From IMG/VR virus record IMGVR_UViG_3300049629_000752: a stretch of DNA of 20,000 nt; one strand, given 5' to 3'. The first letter of the stretch is position 1. Every line of letters starts with the position of its first letter. Shown piece by piece: positions 16,021 to 20,000 of the stretch. Position numbers and translations under genes: made by a program. Source of the DNA: an uncultured virus (IMG/VR IMGVR_UViG_3300049629_000752). Lineage: Duplodnaviria; Heunggongvirae; Uroviricota; Caudoviricetes. The notes beneath the pieces were generated by a model. That model saw only the letters and a list, made by a program, of their open reading frames with translations. It was not told the DNA's origin and did no database searches.

Positions 16021-17554
16021 GATAGTTATTGTTGGCGGAGGGTCCGCTGGATGGATGACAGCATCTGCTTTGATAAAAGCATATCCTGAAAAAGAAATAG
16101 TTTTAATTGAAAGTAAAGATGTTCCTATAATAGGTGTTGGAGAAAGCACTACATTTGAAATAAATGGATTCTTTAACTTTTTAGATTTAGATTATTCTAG
16201 TATTATGAAGTATACAAATGCTTCATACAAGGTTGCAATTGGTTTTACAAACTTTAAAACTAAAGACTCTAAAACATTTTATTATCCATTTGGGCACCCA
16301 AATTTAGATAAAGAGTTAACATGTTTTGGTTTAGATGATTGGTATTATAAAAAGGCTTTTTACCCAGAAACTGAAGATCAAGATTATGTTAGATATTTTT
16401 TCCCGCAGGCAAAAAGTATAGAAACAAATAAGATCGTGGTTGATCATATAGAGGACATGAATCCTTACCAACCGCATAGGGATTTGGCATTGCAAATGGA
16501 TGCTACTAAATTAGGCAACTGGCTTGCAGAGTTTTATGCTATGCCACGAGGAGTAAAAAGAATTTGGGGTACAGTAAATAAAATTTACCCAAGCAATTCA
16601 GGAATACATTCTTTAGTTTTAGATGATGGCACAGAAGTAACTGCTGATTTATTTGTTGATTGTTCTGGATTTAACAGTATATTGCTAGGTAAGTTTATCA
16701 ATGAAAAGTTTATCTCAACAGCAGAGTTTTTGCCTAACAACAGGGCATGGACAGCGCATGTTCCATATACTAATAAAGAAAAAGAGTTACAAACCTTTAC
16801 TAATTGTACTGCTATTAATAATGGATGGGTCTGGAACATCCCTCTTTGGAATAGAATTGGTTCTGGATATGTATACTGTAATGATTTTATAAGTGATGAA
16901 GATGCTCTTGAGGAGTATAAGCAATACTTAGATTCTGATCAAATGGTGGTTCACGATCCAGAAAGATCAAAATCTTTAACATTTAAAAATATAAAAATAC
17001 ACAACGGATACTATGATAGATTTTGGGTTGGTAATGTTGTTGCTGTAGGTTTGGCAGCAGGGTTTTTAGAACCTCTTGAAAGCACTGGCTTATTACTTAC
17101 TCATCAAAATTGCTTTACGTTGGTAGATGCTCTTGAAAGAGGATCAGTAACACAGTATGACATTGATAATTTTAATTATAAAACTAAAACAAGAATAGAA
17201 AAAATGTTTGACTTTGTAGGAATGCATTACGCATTGTCTCAAAGAAATGACACAGAGTATTGGAGAAGTGTTACCTCTAAGTCATATCCAAAAAATTATT
17301 TTAAATCTAATGTAGAATGGGCAAATAATAACGTAGACACTATCAAGGCAGGGTTTGGCATAAGACCATTTTATAAAACATATATAAGTCTTCTTGAAAA
17401 AATGTCTGATGCTAATAATTCTGACATTAAGAATAAAATGGAAAAATATTTTCAGAAAAGACAGGAAGCAAAAAATGTATGGGACAGTATTGTAGATAAC
17501 TCTAAAACACATTTTCATATTTTAAAGGAAAAGTTTTATGAAGAACAAGGTTAA
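16007..17554 (+). CDS. flavin-dependent tryptophan halogenase-family protein
   Basis: GGGSAGW (GxGxxG), IGVGEST, conserved Lys in NASYKVAI, DCSGF, GWVWNIP (WxWxIP), FLEPLESTG. Confidence 0.92.
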   Translation: MKTDKIVIVGGGSAGWMTASALIKAYPEKEIVLIESKDVPIIGVGESTTFEINGFFNFLDLDYSSIMKYTNASYKVAIGFTNFKTKDSKTFYYPFGHPNLDKELTCFGLDDWYYKKAFYPETEDQDYVRYFFPQAKSIETNKIVVDHIEDMNPYQPHRDLALQMDATKLGNWLAEFYAMPRGVKRIWGTVNKIYPSNSGIHSLVLDDGTEVTADLFVDCSGFNSILLGKFINEKFISTAEFLPNNRAWTAHVPYTNKEKELQTFTNCTAINNGWVWNIPLWNRIGSGYVYCNDFISDEDALEEYKQYLDSDQMVVHDPERSKSLTFKNIKIHNGYYDRFWVGNVVAVGLAAGFLEPLESTGLLLTHQNCFTLVDALERGSVTQYDIDNFNYKTKTRIEKMFDFVGMHYALSQRNDTEYWRSVTSKSYPKNYFKSNVEWANNNVDTIKAGFGIRPFYKTYISLLEKMSDANNSDIKNKMEKYFQKRQEAKNVWDSIVDNSKTHFHILKEKFYEEQG

Positions 17555-17744
17555 TCTACGTGGTATCCCATCGTCATGTTGCTTAATGTGTGGCTCTAAA
17601 GTAATAAGAGTAAAGGTTATTTTTGATCCCTCAGATTATGAAATAGGGATTTATTTTTTAGACGGGGAATGCAATGAATGTGGTGCTTTAATGACAGTTC
17701 CAACTCCATTAGATCATCCAACTAACACAAAGGGAGAAAAATGA
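17538..17744 (+). CDS. small Zn-ribbon protein
   Basis: CLMCGS...CNECG, then TVPTPLD. Confidence 0.75.
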   Translation: MKNKVNLRGIPSSCCLMCGSKVIRVKVIFDPSDYEIGIYFLDGECNECGALMTVPTPLDHPTNTKGEK

Positions 17745-17899
17745 AGGAAATAGTTTTATCAATTATAACTGGTTTTGGATGTGGAGTTATCTTTGCTGCC
17801 TTTAAACTACCAGTTCCAGCACCACCAGTTTTTGCAGGAGTGGCTGGTATAATAGGACTATGGCTAGGTTACGATGCCATAACAAGATTCATATCCTAG
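17741..17899 (+). CDS. XapX/DUF1427-family small membrane protein (52 aa, not in ORF track)
   Basis: MKEIVLSIITGFGCGVIFAAFKLPVPAPPVFAGVAGIIGLWLGYDAITRFIS; LPxPAPP signature; SD GGGAG and ATGA overlap. Confidence 0.85.
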   Translation: MKEIVLSIITGFGCGVIFAAFKLPVPAPPVFAGVAGIIGLWLGYDAITRFIS

Positions 17900-17908
17900 G
17901 AGGAAAAA

Positions 17909-18178
17909 ATGAAACTTAAAAAGTCACACAAAGAAATGTTGTCTTCTTATGGAAGATCTTTTGCAGTTGCTGCAGCAACATATGTTGCACAAGGTGATGG
18001 AGTTACTCTGACTGGCGTATTGCTTGCTGGTGTAATTGCAATAGCAGGACCTGCATTAAGAGCAGTAAATCCAAAAGATCCAGCATTCGGATTGATTGCA
18101 ACTGTAGTCGATTCAGAACTAAAGAAGTTAGCAGAAAAGGCTGCCCCTAAAAAGAAAGCCACTGTAAAAAAGAAGTAG
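17909..18178 (+). CDS. putative holin / small membrane protein
   Basis: Two hydrophobic segments, SYGRSF...LRAVNPKDPAFG, Lys-rich C-tail; SD AGGAGG. Confidence 0.55.
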   Translation: MKLKKSHKEMLSSYGRSFAVAAATYVAQGDGVTLTGVLLAGVIAIAGPALRAVNPKDPAFGLIATVVDSELKKLAEKAAPKKKATVKKK

Positions 18179-18184
18179 TTCTAT

Positions 18185-18228
18185 AAAAGGGATGGGCTAT
18201 TCATTGTAGTAGCCCATCTTTATTTTTT
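18185..18228. terminator. rho-independent terminator between convergent gene blocks
   Basis: GATGGGCTA (18191-18199) pairs with TAGCCCATC (18210-18218) around a 10-nt loop; followed by TTTATTTTTT on + and preceded by AAAA. Confidence 0.8.
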
Positions 18229-19081
18229 CATAAAGTTCGTAGTCTAAGTTTTGATTTTCTTTTATTGTATTTATCATGCTCTTAGGTATTGTATTAATAA
18301 AATCTTTATTCTTGCCTACATTCTCAAATGGTTTTTTGATAGGAAGATAAACTCCAAATTTTTTTGAAGTAATGTTGTTTAATTTTGATAAATCTTTTTG
18401 ATTTTCCACTATCTCAATATAATTAATATTTTGTAATGCATCGTCTATATTATCATAAACCATAACTAAATCATTATAAGATAGTGCTCTAGTTTTATAT
18501 TCTTCATAAGTTATTTTATTTTCACATAACAAATTATAATGTGGCGTAAGGTCTTTTATATTTAACGTACATGTAAGATGTTTGTGCTGAACATTATTTT
18601 GTTTAGGATCATGCATAAAGTAATCTAAATCATCTAACGTAGGATTATTGTTTTGATATAAAAAGTTACTCAAAAATCTTTCTGTAGGTTCTCTTAATAT
18701 TGTATAGGTTAATAGTTTTTTATTAAAACTTTTGAATAGTTCTACTGGATATAATGCAAAATGACCACTAACAAAATCACACTTTATCATTTCATCATCA
18801 TTAATGTATTGTAAAAAGTTACTGTACATTCTTTTTTGGTTAAATCCATGCAATAAAGGAACCTTTATAGACATTCCAGAAGTTTTAGGTATATGAAGAA
18901 AATAAAAAGATTGCTTAGGGCTATACTCTTCGTCGTCTACGTAGTTAATTTTATAAACTACTTGATTGTTTTTTAAAATAAAACCAGGTTGCACCATCCA
19001 TGCTGGAAAATTATTTTGTAGACACTCTACCTGATCTTCTAAATCATATACTGTTTCGTTTATAATTTTTCTTAAAGTCAT
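18197..19081 (-). CDS. PAPS-dependent sulfotransferase-family protein
   Basis: 5'-PSB FLHIPKTSGMS, SGHF, 3'-PB TILREPTERFLS, C-terminal N.LD.ELYE. Confidence 0.85.
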   Translation of the reverse strand: MTLRKIINETVYDLEDQVECLQNNFPAWMVQPGFILKNNQVVYKINYVDDEEYSPKQSFYFLHIPKTSGMSIKVPLLHGFNQKRMYSNFLQYINDDEMIKCDFVSGHFALYPVELFKSFNKKLLTYTILREPTERFLSNFLYQNNNPTLDDLDYFMHDPKQNNVQHKHLTCTLNIKDLTPHYNLLCENKITYEEYKTRALSYNDLVMVYDNIDDALQNINYIEIVENQKDLSKLNNITSKKFGVYLPIKKPFENVGKNKDFINTIPKSMINTIKENQNLDYELYEKIKMGYYNE

Positions 19082-19770
19082 AGTTTTTTGTCTTCAAATT
19101 GATACTGAAGGTCTGTTGTATATGGAAACTCTATTTGTGCAAATCTTGTCTGTCTTTCTTTTTCTGATATCTCTGAGAAGAAAGATACAAAGGTATACCT
19201 AACGCCAGATTTAATTGCATGAATTTTATGCATATAACTATATGCTGATGGAAACACAAACAACTGACCAGCCTTCGGCTTTATCTTAACTCCAAAATGA
19301 ACAAACTCTAATTCTCCACCTTCGTAATCATCATTTGGGTAGTACACCATAGATACTGTTCTAGGTGTTCCATATGAATCGTCTGCATGCATAGAGAACC
19401 ATTCTCCTGGCTCGTACCTTGATATTCTCATTGCTTCTCTGCTTAGTGGGGCAAGATCCCATTGCCATAAATAGGAATCAATAACTTCCTGAAAATTTTC
19501 AACAAACTTGGGATGATTCCAAATCCAACATGTTTCTGATCTTTTACCATTTAATTCATCATAATAGTCTTCACGAATCCACTTTCTGTTTCCACGTTCA
19601 TTAGATTCCCAAAACTCATCTTTACTTATTTCATTAATAAAATCCATGGAATCTGGCCATACATTATCATAAATGTGCATGCCAGGAAATGGTGATGAGA
19701 AATAAAACCTTTCTCCATTCCTGCTTTCTGTAAAACCTTCTTGTTGGTATTTAAATTTAAGCGGATCCAT
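19078..19770 (-). CDS. 2OG-Fe(II) oxygenase, prolyl 4-hydroxylase-like
   Basis: RYEPGE, HAD, RTVSMVYYPNDDYEGGEL, FPSAYSYMHKI, GVRY. Confidence 0.92.
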   Translation of the reverse strand: MDPLKFKYQQEGFTESRNGERFYFSSPFPGMHIYDNVWPDSMDFINEISKDEFWESNERGNRKWIREDYYDELNGKRSETCWIWNHPKFVENFQEVIDSYLWQWDLAPLSREAMRISRYEPGEWFSMHADDSYGTPRTVSMVYYPNDDYEGGELEFVHFGVKIKPKAGQLFVFPSAYSYMHKIHAIKSGVRYTFVSFFSEISEKERQTRFAQIEFPYTTDLQYQFEDKKL

Positions 19771-19794
19771 ATTTACTTTCTCTTTTCTTTTTTG

Positions 19795-20000
19795 TTAGGC
19801 CATATTTGAAAAGGTATGGCACCATGTTCCGTCTGGCTTTAATGCTAGGGCGTGTCTAGAACTTTCGTCTTCTGGCAATGTATAGTCAAAAGCATCTATA
19901 GCAGTAGCCCCTCTTTCTCTTGCCTCTGCTGCTGCTTCTTTAGGAAATTCAAAGCATCCAACACAGACATCATCTACTAAAAGTGGATACTTGTTTTCTT
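19795..20000 (-). CDS. 3' end of a hypothetical protein truncated by the window
   Basis: Open frame ...ENKYPLLVDDVCVGCFEFPKEAAAEARERGA...GTWCHTFSNMA* ending just upstream of the oxygenase. Confidence 0.6.
   Translation of the reverse strand, partial: ENKYPLLVDDVCVGCFEFPKEAAAEARERGATAIDAFDYTLPEDESSRHALALKPDGTWCHTFSNMA

Noticed and set aside
2921..18162. Short antisense and alternate-frame ORFs in the track (e.g. 2921-3229, 3986-4246, 9858-10118, 13036-13338, 13881-14246, 1467-1649, 15388-15654)
   Set aside because: They overlap well-supported genes, show no motifs, and are typical shadow ORFs
19771..19794. Pyrimidine-rich tract as a repeat or terminator
   Set aside because: It is simply the A/G-rich leader (GAAAG SD-like) of the - strand oxygenase; no hairpin
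1..20000. CRISPR array, tRNA, intron/intein, IS element or stop-codon recoding
   Set aside because: Intergenic gaps are only tens of nt, no repeat-spacer or cloverleaf pattern was seen, and genes are full-length under code 11 with TAA, TAG and TGA all used as stops

Overview
AT-rich, densely packed window that looks like part of a large tailed-phage genome, most likely infecting Actinobacteria. The host inference rests on a WhiB-family regulator, a DUF7455-like Zn protein, an MSMEG_6728-like glycosylase, an actinophage-type holin and leaderless-type promoters. About 31 genes lie on + (1-18178) and converge on a hairpin terminator (~18185-18228) with three - strand genes. Small conserved phage genes are interspersed with many modification enzymes: three 2OG-Fe(II) prolyl-hydroxylase-like oxygenases, a GT60-like and two GT61-like glycosyltransferases, an SGNH-like protein, a NodU/CmcH carbamoyltransferase, an RsmI-like methyltransferase, a flavin-dependent halogenase, a sulfotransferase, and an APS kinase/HxGH nucleotidyltransferase fusion with a catalytically degenerate paralogue. 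The most striking element is a translationally coupled cluster (9328-13865): GT61, GT61, sugar nucleotidyltransferase, cupin, form IV RuBisCO-like protein (RLP), phosphodiesterase-like protein. It suggests a phage pathway that makes, activates and transfers an unusual sugar. No tRNA, rRNA, CRISPR array or IS element was recognised. All family calls come from motif recognition by eye, not database searches.
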